Shown here piece by piece: positions 17,527 to 32,519 of a stretch of DNA of 64,000 bases (positions are counted from its first letter, which is position 1; each line of letters begins with the position of its first letter). Source of the DNA: the human T2T-CHM13v2.0 reference genome, Homo sapiens; assembly GCF_009914755.1 (NCBI RefSeq), contig NC_060942.1. The stretch is one strand, 5' to 3'. A program made the position numbers and the translations under genes. Under the pieces are notes generated by a model. That model was not told the origin of the DNA, made no database searches, and saw nothing but the letters and a program-made list of their open reading frames with translations.

Positions 17527-17595
17527 AATCTTCAGCTAGATGAAGAAACCCAATACCAAACTGCTGTTGAAGAATCTTTTCAAGTAAACATCTGA
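17527..17595 (+). CDS. RNF138: RNF138 last coding exon, ubiquitin-interacting motif (NLQLDEETQYQTAVEESFQVNI*)
   Basis: ttttttag| acceptor; TGA at 17593-17595; UIM-like DEExxxxxAxxxS. Confidence 0.96.
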   Translation, partial: NLQLDEETQYQTAVEESFQVNI

Positions 17596-17691
17596 AGGCT
17601 GTAGACATCTCTGCATCTTTGTACCTGCAAGTGCCATCTTTAAGGGGGAAACTACATGAAGTCACCGTTACAGTAACTTGATGTGTATATT

Positions 17692-17734
17692 AATAAAAGT
17701 AATTCAGTCATTTTAGTTTTTGATTGAAAATAAA
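17692..17734 (+). terminator. Proximal tandem poly(A) signals
   Basis: AATAAA at 17692-17697 and 17729-17734, ~100-140 nt after the stop codon. Confidence 0.5.
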
Positions 17735-19103
17735 GGTAGGGCTTCTAAAAACTTCATCATCTTGATAAGTTAAAAAATGAAAGTTATGACATTAGCTTTA
17801 AAGGTGTAAAAAAGATGTTTCACTAATGTAACGGTGAAAGAGAATCCCTGTTGTACTTTATCTTTTTGTAATATTATTTTTGAATTTTTCATTATTATGT
17901 TGCTTTTGAAATTTGATGCATTCCTCCCATTTACTTTATTATTGTACACATTTAACACACAGTAGCAAATTTTGAACGATGTGATTGATATAACCTAACA
18001 AATCTGAGCCAGTTATTATTAGAGTTGCAGAATAGAAACTTGAAGTGCTAAATGGAATAATCCAAAGGAAATTTTTTAAATGCAGGTTCTAGCTGAAAAA
18101 TTCAACTATAAGAAAATTGTATTTATATAACATTTACTATTTTTGAAGACTAGTGAGATTTCTGTAATAATTTTAATTCTTTAAAAAGTGAAAGCTTGTT
18201 GTAAAGATATTTTCTTTTTGTTATTAGAAGGAAATACAAAGAGAAAAATTTCTTTCTTTCATGGGCATTTGATAATTTCAGTCTTTGACTGATTTGTAAG
18301 CCTAGAATATACTAAGCTGAATAACAGCTCTTTGGCCTCAGAATTTTCAGTAGCCAGTATTTCTGATTAACTAAGTTGAAACTCTTATTAGAAACTTTCA
18401 GTTGGTGATATTGTATTCTAGAAGATATAAATGAGAGGTTTGGCTTCATCTCAGTTTAGAAATTTATTCAAAGCTAAAGATGTATATATACATATACTTT
18501 TGTGTGTATATATACACATATGTGTGTATGCAGTTTGTCAGGTTATATATAGAATTTCTATTAAGGATTTTTTAAATGGACAAGCAATAGGGGGTTGAAG
18601 TGTTTATCTGATTTGTTTAAAATTTTGTATATCACCAAATTTTTAAAAAGTGATAGTCACAGTGCTAAGTTATCTAGTTGGCTACTATTACACCTTAAAA
18701 ATTGAGTTTACACACACACAATTACCTGTTTATATGGTGCTCATTTGTTATTCTCAAATATAATGTGTGACCGTGATATAGTGAGAAAGATTCTACCAAC
18801 CACTGTTTCACTACTTTTTAGTTAAAATTGGGTATGTTCTTAATATTCATTAGTGAGAATCACAAAGTATTTTGTAGAAGGCCCAAATCACAGAATAAAG
18901 GACTAAGAGTGGATTTGCTGACATTCCATACTAATATACATTGTTTATGCTTTCTTTAAAATAACTAGAAGAACATAAAAGAAAGAGAATCTCAGAAGTA
19001 GTTTGCTGCTAATATATACATATATTGTATAAAAAGGTATATTTTGGTTTTGTTAAAACCCTTGTTGACTTTTCTACACTGAACATTTTTTTTAACTTGA
19101 TTT

Positions 19104-19109
19104 AATAAA
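19104..19109 (+). terminator. Intermediate poly(A) signal
   Basis: AATAAA preceded by a U-rich tract (ttttttt...tgattt). Confidence 0.5.
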
Positions 19110-19382
19110 AATGTTAATTTTGGAAGTGCAGTTTTGTAAAAACCTTTTTCAGTCAAACAGTAAAGACTTTATTTATGGATTGTAATAACAACCACAAGAA
19201 AAGCCATACATCTTAATGAACATACGCCTTTGTTCTGTCATTTTAAAGAGTGGTGTTTACTATGTGTGTGCTTGAGCATTTTCTTTCAGTTACATGGGTG
19301 TAATTTAAAAAACAGCTCCTTTTTAAGAGACTTTTGACCATAGTGTTTTCCAGTTTAAAGCAATAACTTTCATAGTTTCTTT

Positions 19383-19478
19383 CAAAGTTTAATACATCCA
19401 ATATGTCAAGTTAAACCATTCTGGGATTTGCAAAGTTTAATACATCCAATATGTCAAGTTAAACCATTCTGGGATTTG
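19383..19478. repeat. Perfect 48-bp tandem duplication in the 3'UTR
   Basis: CAAAGTTTAATACATCCAATATGTCAAGTTAAACCATTCTGGGATTTG at 19383-19430 and 19431-19478. Confidence 0.97.
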
Positions 19479-19904
19479 GGAACTTCTTTAAAGGAAAATT
19501 GTAGTAGAGGTCATCTTGATGGAATTGTGTTTTAAAGTTTTGTGAATGAGTTAAATATCATTGATAGTCTTGTGTGTCTCACATATCAGCTTTTTCATAA
19601 GGAAAATACTTTATTTGCTTTTATCTGAGAATTTCTCAGTATGAAAATGATTGTTTAAAATTTCCCCTCTTTTTGTCAGTGCATTGGGAATAGGGATAGA
19701 CTTTACAGATTTATGGAAATTAAATTTATGGGGAAAAGTTTTTATTTTTAATATTACTTATAGCTGAGTCAGAATTAAAGGAGGGAATTGTATTGATACT
19801 CCAATACCTAAATTTCACAATACCACTTAGGAAAGCTATTTCAACAAATTACAGTTTTATTGTTAAAACAGAGTCTTATTTGAGATGTATTGCTTTATTT
19901 TTCA

Positions 19905-19943
19905 ATTAAAAGTGGTTTTCTCCTACTTGTGTGTCTAATTAAA
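19905..19943 (+). terminator. Distal poly(A) signals
   Basis: ATTAAA at 19905 and 19938, upstream TGTA and U-rich elements, GU-rich ttgtgtgtct nearby. Confidence 0.55.
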
Positions 19944-20725
19944 ATTTGTCTGGAGGCAAACATTTAACTCTCATAATTCACACTGAAAGACGTAGGAGAT
20001 AACCCATTATTTTGCACTTAAAAAAGTGGATAAGAAAAAGCTACCACATGCTGGTGCTATATGTCAGATTTAACTTTATAAACCTATTTATTTTTATCCA
20101 TTTCAAATGTTAATCACCTTATAAAGCAATTTTATGAAGTGTCTGCGGAGCAAGATTTTCAAGCCCTGTTAGCAGCTAGGCAGAAAGCTTATTTGCTTAA
20201 TAAACACTTTTATATGGAGATAGATAGTACTTTTAAGTAAGATACCAGGGTTATAAGACTATGTTGCCAAATACAATGTCATATACCTTGTATGGGTTGC
20301 TTGGTAAGTATTAATTATGATCTTCAATACATCATAACTTCTACAGAAACCCCTTAACAGCTGCTACTCAAACCCCTTGTAGAAGCGTGACTTTTTAGCA
20401 TACTATGTAGAAAAGGTGTGACCCAGAAAACATGTAAATACAGATACTATAAAACTCAGACATATAAGTAAAGCACTCATTCCATGATATCACTTAGTGT
20501 GTAACATAATTATCTGTGCGGTACAGTTTTGAAAAAAGATGGGGAAGGGAGGTGAGTTAAAGGGGGATACAGGAATCTCAGGAAAACGGGTGTCACAGCC
20601 TGTCTCCCTGCTTCAATAGCAGTGGTCCAGTCCTGGGATTGAGAAAGATGACATACACTGCATTCTTCTCCCAATATGAGTAAAATGGGTGTATTCCATT
20701 ATGTACTTTACTGACAAACAATTTA

Positions 20726-21252
<527 letters not shown>

Positions 21253-21905
21253 TAAGATTGTAATAGTGAAAGACATCCTGCAGAATTTAAGGACAAGCAA
21301 GGCAGGGGAATAAATATGGAAGACTGGTAAGCAGATGAGTCACAGCCGTTTGGTGGAGGATATGGAGAGGAAGAAAATAGGATGTGAGGGAGATTTCGTA
21401 TTAGTCTAAGTGGGCAATAATGGCACATGATACTGAAAGTGCACAAAGTGAACAATAACCTGAAGTAATCCATGCTCAAGTCAAGAAAAAAAAATTGCTA
21501 GAATCTCCTAAGTCTTTTTGTTTCTACTTCCAGTCACAACTAAGTATTATCACGACATAACTTCTAATACCATAAATGGGTTTGTGTTAAGTGGAAGCAC
21601 ACAGTAAATATTATTTTATATTTGGCTTTTATAACATTGAGATTTTTCTGTTTTTTTCTTGCATTTACAGCAGCAGTGACTTGTCCTTTGTCCAGAACAG
21701 AAAAGCTTAGTCTTCTAAAGTTATATTTTAGTATTTGTAAAAGTTGTGTTAAATGTATTACAAGTGATTCTTTTATGTATGCTGGTACCTGGGGATGCCA
21801 AATGTAGGTAAAAACAAAACAGGCTGGTCTTCCCCTCATAACTGAGGAAGGAAGTGAAGAGTCTAGCCAAATGGCCTTCCGCTGCTCTTACCTGACTTTC
21901 CATGA

Positions 21906-22512
<607 letters not shown>

Positions 22513-23398
22513 ACCTCGGCCTGGATGTTTTCTTTTCAAGGCATTTTTGTAGGTACAGAATTTTATTTTTCTATTTTATTTTTTTGTTAGGCTCCCTCAA
22601 ATCATGGGAAATAGGAGATTTTAATGAGTATTTAAGGACAACATTTTCTGGGATAGGATCTGAAGCCACCAATAGAAACAAAAGCGGTTGCAGCAGATAC
22701 AGAAGGGTGTTGGGTAGATCTTTGCCAGAAGACCAAGCATTTAAAACAACTGAGCCTACTTTCTTGGACCAGACAACCTGTTTTTGATGATTCTGCTGGT
22801 TGCTACTTGTGTAGTTTGGACACATTTCGTAGCCCTTTTTACCTCTATGGTTTGTGAGGATTGAATTAGTTAATATTACAAAGAGCTTGGAACAGAGCAT
22901 GTTAACGTTTATTGTTACTGTGTATCCAATACAAGTCAACCTATTGTATTTATATCTGTCAGGTCCTACTTTAGTCTAAAATCCTGTCAAGACAGTCTGG
23001 ATTTTTTTTCCCCCTTAAGGATATAGAGTCTAAAGGGTTACTAGTCTTTATTTGCTGGCCTCAACTGTTTGTATTTTTTGTAGAGAGAGGATTTCGCCAT
23101 GTTGCCCAGGTGGGTCTCAAACTCCTGAGTTCAAGTGATCCTCCTGCTTTGGCCTCAAGGCCTCGATCCCTTGAACCTAAACTCCTTGTCTCAAGGGATC
23201 TTCAGCCTCATGAGTAGCTGAGACTGCAGGTGTGCGTCATACCTGGCTTGCTAGCCTCAACTTTTGTGGGAAGATCTGAGACACTGTTTTTGTTTCCAAG
23301 AAGTACAAATACCCCACACATGAGGAATTCTGAATAAAACATATCTTAAAATAATTGCGCCGTTGTACTCCAGCCTGGGCAACAAGAGCAAGACTCCT

Positions 23399-23431
<33 letters not shown>

Positions 23432-23890
23432 AAAAATAATAAAGAACAATCAGCTGATGATCATACTTCTCAGTCGAATGTATACCTAGGATGTATGATG
23501 AGAAATTTACTTAACCCACCCATTTTTAAACATGTTTGGTTCTTTAATAATTAGAATGAAACTATTGTCTCTAGGAAAAAAATTATTTTGCAACATTAGC
23601 AAATCACTTGACTAGCTTACATATGATTATCTAGGTTATTTGGTAGTATCAAAGGGTGTAAAATAGTTTTTCTGAGCTTTTTGAAAATTTTATGAGTAAT
23701 GGTTGAGAATACTACTCTATACCAACTGTTTCTGTTTCCAGATAGAATTGATATATCACAACAGCATTTTCTGTGTTTATGAAGTAATTTTAGGTTTACT
23801 TAGACTCACACTTTTCAAACTTCTTGCCTCAGGAGCCCTTTACCCTTAGAAATTATTGAGAACCCAAAAGCAGTTTTGTTTTTGTGAATA

Positions 23891-24245
23891 TAGTCATGCG
23901 CCACATAACGACATTTTGGTCGTTGATGGGCCACATATGCAATGGTGGTCCCTTAAGATTATAATACTGTATTTTCACTGTACCTTCTCTATGTTTAGAT
24001 ATGTTTTCTATGTTTAGATATGTTTAGATAAACTGTGTTATAGTTCCTTACAGTATTCAGTATAGTAACATGCCATACAGTTCTGTAGCCTAGGAGCAAT
24101 AGGCCACACCATATAACCCAGGTATGTAGTAGGCTTATATCATCTAGGTTTGTGTAAATATACTCTGTGATGTTCACGCAATGAGGAAATCACCTAATGG
24201 TACGTTTCTCAGAACATATTCCTGTCATCAAGCAATGCATGACTG
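23891..24245. mobile_element. Tigger3a (MER7/Golem) non-autonomous DNA transposon
   Basis: TIRs (c/t)AGTCATGC...GCATGACTG, TA target duplications at 23889 and 24246, ~355 bp. Confidence 0.8.
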
Positions 24246-24704
24246 TATTTATCACATGTTTGTCACATAGGAAACTGATAAAGTGGACCAGGCCCAGTGG
24301 CTAATGGCTGTAATCTCGGCACTTTAGGAGGCAAGGTAAGAGTATCCCTTGAGGCCAGGGGTTCAAGAGCAGCCTGGGCAACACAATGAGACCCTGTCTC
24401 TTGAAAAAAAAAAAAAAAAGGAATTGACAAAGTGAAAACATTAACATTTAAAATAATAAGCTCATTACATTATCATTAACATTTGTAATGGAAAATAACT
24501 TGCAAAAATATTCAGCAGATCTCTCAAATATCTAGGTTAATGGAAGACAGCTAGATTGTTCATATTGTTCATATATGCATCAGCATTCAACCTATTGTGG
24601 GTTATTTTGCTTAAAGGATATGAAGATAATCTAGTCTCATACAGATAATGTTGTTGGAAAAGGGAGGAATATTTTAATAGCCTTTTAAAAAAGATAACTG
24701 AGTT

Positions 24705-25302
<598 letters not shown>

Positions 25303-25765
25303 TGAATGGACCTTTTACCTGCACATGATTGCATAGCATTATGTGATGGTCAGTCCAAAAGATGGTGCACTGAGTTATGGAGATCTATCAAATATTTACT
25401 CACTTTTTGTACTGTAGCAATTATATTAATATCACCATGGATCTCATCAAGTCTTTAAAAATTGGGAAGCCAGGAAGCTTACAAAACTCCGATTTTTGCT
25501 TAAAACCTCAAATTTTATCTTTGACAAAAAATGGTTGTTACCTTGAAGTGACATGCTGATTTTCTCCCTCCAAATACCCACATATAAATATTTTGCCAGT
25601 CACTCTTTTAAGTAAAAGTGGCCATGCCATGAAAAAAAAAAAGTTGGTTGAGGTCATAACTCAATATAATTTGCACAAATATATTTCCTTGAGACAACCA
25701 TTGTACCTCCTTATGCAGGAAATGTACTTTATGTGTCTTCCCCCTTTTGTTATCCAGAATATTAA

Positions 25766-26859
<1,094 letters not shown>

Positions 26860-26860
<1 letters not shown>

Positions 26861-27338
26861 GTCACAGGGTGAACCACAAAGCTGGGTCTTAGCCCAGAAG
26901 GCCAGGCAGGTTCTTTGCTTTGCACAGGAAAGAATTCAAGAGTGAGCTGACAGAGTAAAGTGAAAGCAAGTTTATTAAAAAGTAAAGGAATAAAAGGGTG
27001 ACTACCCCATAGGCAGAGTAGCAGTGTGGGCTGCTTGACTGGCTATACTTATGGTTATTTCTGGATTATATGCTAAGCAAGGGATGGATTATTCATGAAT
27101 TTTCCAGGAAAGGGGTGAGGAGTTCCTGGAACTGAGGGTTTGTCCCCCTTTTAGAGCATGTAGGGTAACTTCTGGATGTAGCCATGGCATTTATAAACAG
27201 TCATGGCACTAATGGGAGTTTACTTTAGTATGCTAATGTATTATAATTAACATATTAGGAGCAGTGAGGATAGCCAGAGGTTGCTTTGGTCACCATCTTG
27301 GTTTTGACAGCTTTTGACTGGCTTCTTTATTGCATCCT
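26860..27338 (-). mobile_element. ERV1 (MER4-group) LTR, truncated
   Basis: TGT start, aaagaattcaagagtgagc...gcaagtttatta (antisense poly(A) signal), ccatcttggttttg; subfamily uncertain. Confidence 0.65.
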
Positions 27339-27418
27339 GGGTTTTTTTTATTTTTATTTTTTTCTGTAATACCAAAGTGTTGGGATTATAGTGTGAGCCA
27401 CTGTGCCCAGCCGCAAAT

Positions 27419-27725
27419 TTTCTTTCTTTCTTTTTTTTTTTTTTTTGAGACAGAGTCTCGCTCTGTCGCCCAGGCTGGAGTGCAGTGGCACGATCTCCGC
27501 TCACAGCAAGCTCTGCCTCCCGGTTCGCGCCATTCTCCTGCCTCAGCCTCCCGAGTAGCTGGGACTACAGGTGCCCGCCACCATGCCCAGCTAACTTTTT
27601 GTATTTTTAGTAGAGACGGGGTTTCACCGTGTTAGCCAGGATGGTCTCAATCTCCTGACCCATGATCCGCCTGCCTCAGCCTCCCAAAGTGCTGGGATTA
27701 CAGGCGTGAGCCACCACGCCTGGCT
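27419..27725 (-). mobile_element. AluY
   Basis: gcaagctctgcctcccggttc, caccgtgttagccaggatgg diagnostics; flanking cccagcc(g/a)caaattttctt repeats. Confidence 0.9.
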
Positions 27726-28039
27726 ACCCAGCCACAAATTTTCTTAAAGTTCAGATTTATTTCAAAAGAAATAAATGCGTGAACATTTTTTAAAAAGTAC
27801 TTTTATTAAGGAAAGAAGCTTAAATTATGTCTTTTGAAATGTAAACCATGTCCTCAACTGACAAGCAGCAAACTGCAGCAGATTATGAAGAAGATTAAGT
27901 GGAGCAGAGATGATAGTTTAGCAAAAAAACACCAAAAAAAAAAAAATAATAGTTAATTCTGTGGAACTAGTGCCATGGAGCTGAGAGGAGGACTTTCTGA
28001 GCTAGTAGGCTTTTACAGAGTGTTTTCAGGCTGTGGCAT

Positions 28040-29309
28040 TGAGAGGTGACAGCGTGCTGGCAGTCCTTACAGCCCTTGCTCGCTCTGGGCGCCTCCTCTG
28101 CCTGGGCTCCCACTTTGGCGGCACTTGAGGAGTCCTTCAGCCCACCGCTGCACTGTGGGAGCCCCTTTCTGAGCTGGCCAAGGCCGGAGCCGGCTCCCTC
28201 AGCTTGCGGGGAGGTGTGAAAGGAGAGGCGTGGGCGGGAACCGGGGCTGTGAGCGGTGCTTGCGGGCCAGCGTGAGTTCCGGGTGGGCGTGGGCTTGGCA
28301 GACCCCGCGCTCGGAGCGGCCAACCGGCCCCACTGGCCCCGGGCAGTGAGGTGCTTAGCACCTGGGCCAGCAGCTGCTGTGCTCAATTTCTCGCCAGGCC
28401 TTGGCTGCCTTCCCACAGGGCAGGGCTGGGGACCTGCAGCCTGCCATGCCTGAGCCTCCCACCCTCTCCGTGGGCTCCTGTGCGGCCCAAGCCTCCCCAA
28501 TGAACCCTGCCCCCTGCTCCACGGCACCCAGTCCCATCGACCACTCAAGGGCTGAGGAGTGCGGGCGCATAGCACGGGACTGGCAGGCAGCTCCACCTGC
28601 AGGCCCCTGCGGGATCCACTGGGTGAAGCCAGCTGGGCTCCTGAGTCTGGTGGGGACCTGGAGAACCTTTATGTCTATCTCAGGGATTGTAAACACACCA
28701 ATCAGCACCCTGTGTCTAGCTCAGGGATTGTAAATACACCAATCGGCACTCTGTATCTAGCTCAAGGTTTGCAAACACCAATCAGCATCCTGCGTCTAGC
28801 TCAGGGTTTGTGAATGCACCAATCGACACTCTGTATCTAGCTAATCTAGTGGGGACGTGGAGAACCTTTGTGGCTAGCTCAGGGATTGTAAACGCACCAA
28901 TCAGCACCCTGTCAAAACAGACCACTTGGCTCTACCAATCAGCAGGATGTGGGTGGGGCCAGATAAGAGAATAAAAGCAGGCTGCCCCAGCCAGCAGTGG
29001 CAACCCGCTGGGGTCCCTTTCCACAATGTGCAAGCTTTGTTCTTTCGTTCTTTGCAATAAATCTTGCTACTGCTCACTCTTTTGGTCCACACTGCTTTTA
29101 TGAGCTGTAACACCGCGAAGGTCTGCAGCTTCACTCCAGAAGCCAGCAAGACCACGAACCCACCAGAAGGAAGAAACTCCGAACACATCCGAACATCAGA
29201 AAGAACAAACTCCAGACGCGCCACCTTAAGAGCTGTAACACTCACTGCGAGGGTCCGCAGCTTCATTCTTGAAGTCAGTGAGACCAAGAACCCACCAATT
29301 CCTGACACA
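28040..29309 (+). mobile_element. Solo LTR12C (ERV9 LTR), 1270 bp
   Basis: TGAGAGGTGACAGCGTGCTGGC start, AATTCCTGACACA end, 4-bp TSD GCAT, GC-rich U3 with CCAAT repeats. Confidence 0.95.
28690..28990 (+). promoter_or_regulatory. ERV9 U3 enhancer/promoter: six CCAAT (NF-Y) boxes, GC box, GATA, AATAAAA TATA-like box
   Basis: CCAAT at 28698, 28739, 28778, 28819, 28897, 28935; AGATAA 28961; AATAAAA 28970. Confidence 0.8.
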
Positions 29310-30285
29310 GCATGATAACATTCCATCCAAGTGATTGCCATAAAACGACTTCATAATTCTATAGTCTAGTCTTACCAAAAACAAATGACATAAAATTCTG
29401 TCGTTTTATAACGTAACTTTGAATGCATGAGTCTCTTACAATATCAGCAAAATTTTACTTCATTTCAAGGTAACATCCTCATTTGCTTTGATCATTCCTC
29501 ATGGCCTGGTTTTAGGATCACTTCTCTTCCTGGTTTCCATTGTCTGGCCTCAGTTCAGTTTTGTCAACGCCCTAAATTGTTGGCTTCTTAATTGCAGTCC
29601 AGTGCTTTAAATTGTTTTCCCATCAAAGCAAAATAATTTGGTACCATTATGTGCATTGTATTAGAAACCACATTTTAATCAAAATTGCTCAAGACTACAT
29701 GACCACTGATGGCAGTTTATGTCTATCATAATCCCTAAAATGTTTTTCATAATTTAGGACATTACTTTAAAGACTATTAAATTTCATTGTTTTTAGTTTT
29801 GGCTATGGGTCTCACCTATAAGATGTTTTGAGTTTTTATTTTGGCACTCAACATATTAGCTACCACTCCCAGATTCATGTGCAGACTAATAAGCAAGGCC
29901 TTCACTTTATTGCACAGGACCAAGGTGAGCCCAGGAACAAATCATTAAAGGCTATTTTAGACTGACATTCATCTATTAATCAATAATCTTTGAGTGTAGT
30001 TATTAAACTATTACTTTAATATTTATGCTTAAATGTTCTAGTCTCCAGCCCTTGCATAGCATATTGTTTGCAATGATAACAATTCTTAATCTTCTGGCCC
30101 ATTAAATGTGTTAAAATGTGAAATGTATTTAGTTTGATTTGACTTAGTGAATACACCTTGAGTCCTTTAATTACTATTTCATTTTCTAATTGCTTACAAG
30201 TCAGATACTCTAGAATTTTGTCGAACAACATGATTCTCACTGGTAATTGCCAGAGCATGCATTCTTTTTCTTTAGAAAGATAGGT

Positions 30286-30425
30286 TGGCTGGGCGCAGTG
30301 GCTCACACTTGTAATCCCAGTACTTTGAGAGGCTGAGGCAAGTGGATTGCTTGCATCCAGAAATTCGAGACCAGCCTGGGCAACACCAGCCTGGGCAACA
30401 CGGTGAAACCCTGTCTCTACAAAAT
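30286..30425 (+). mobile_element. Alu left monomer with an internal 15-bp tandem duplication
   Basis: ACCAGCCTGGGCAAC x2 at 30370-30399. Confidence 0.82.
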
Positions 30426-30813
30426 GTTTAAATATATATATCACTAAAAGGTGACCACATGTAAAATGTTGTATATGTTTCACTGGTGATAGGTGTATTA
30501 TTGCAAAAAAGCTGGAAGTTTTTGTTTCCCCCTCTTGTTATTTGGGCCATGAATGTTGGGGGACATTTCTAATAAAAGTATCTCTTTCAACAAAAAATCA
30601 GGAGCAGTTTGATCCAGATAGGGTTTCTTAAGTACTGACTGGCTGGGGCTTATCAAGGGCCTATGATATCATGAGTATGAGACTCCTCAGTACAAATATG
30701 TCTAAATTGAAGTGAAGATTCTGTTTGCAGCCTTATTTCTTTCATATTTCTCATAAATACCCTGCTGCTTATTTTGTAATATGAGCTAATATCACGATAA
30801 GGAAGCAAGTTGA

Positions 30814-31887
<1,074 letters not shown>

Positions 31888-32519
31888 TGATATTCAATCC
31901 ACCTTGAGTATGTGGCAGGGCTGGTCTGTATATCTTGGGTTGTCTGTGAGCCCAGGTTCAGAAAACAAAATCCTGAGATAAATCCAGAGGCCAGTGATGG
32001 GTGTGACCAGTTCAAATGCACTGAGCCAAGAGGGAAGATGAAACTACAGTGAACTGGATGGGGGATGGAGACGCAAGTCAACAGAAACAGACACAGAGCA
32101 GGAAAAGAGGAGACGAAGTATGAGTATGCTGTGGTTTGGGTTTGGTTCAGGCAACTCTTAGCATGAATAGATCTTGGAAGACAGGTATCCCTTCTGTTCT
32201 TTTCAGGCTACCCACAGGTTGGATGTGAAGATTTAATGAGGAAGGTTTTCAGCAGTTTTTGTCATTGTCATGAGGTTTTCACTCTCATCCTTATACTAGG
32301 ATGAAATTTATCTGGACCTAGAGATATGAATTCATCTGAAGCAGCAAGTTACTTTTATTCCTGTATCTTGAGCTTCAATTCACTATTAACTATGTTATGC
32401 CACTCTTCCTTAGAAAAGATGCAAACTAAGGTTTGTAGCCTGAGAACCTTAATGCTGAAAAGCCCCTTATTTCCTAGGCGGGGTTCTCATAGCTAGTTAG
32501 TACTTGTTTTACTGTACTA

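Larger units (their letters stand above)
17596..19965 (+). other. RNF138: RNF138 3'UTR (long form), AU-rich and free of interspersed repeats
   Basis: Follows the stop codon; AATAAA at 17692, 17729, 18894, 19104; ATTAAA at 19905, 19938; exact 3' end inferred. Confidence 0.75.

Noticed and set aside
28670-28910. Regular ~40-bp repeats resembling a CRISPR array
   Set aside because: ERV9 U3 enhancer tandem repeats; no unique spacers; human DNA
27967-29341. Long GC-rich ORFs (209, 146, 117 aa)
   Set aside because: Essentially within LTR12C; GC-rich LTR sequence lacks stops; no protein motifs
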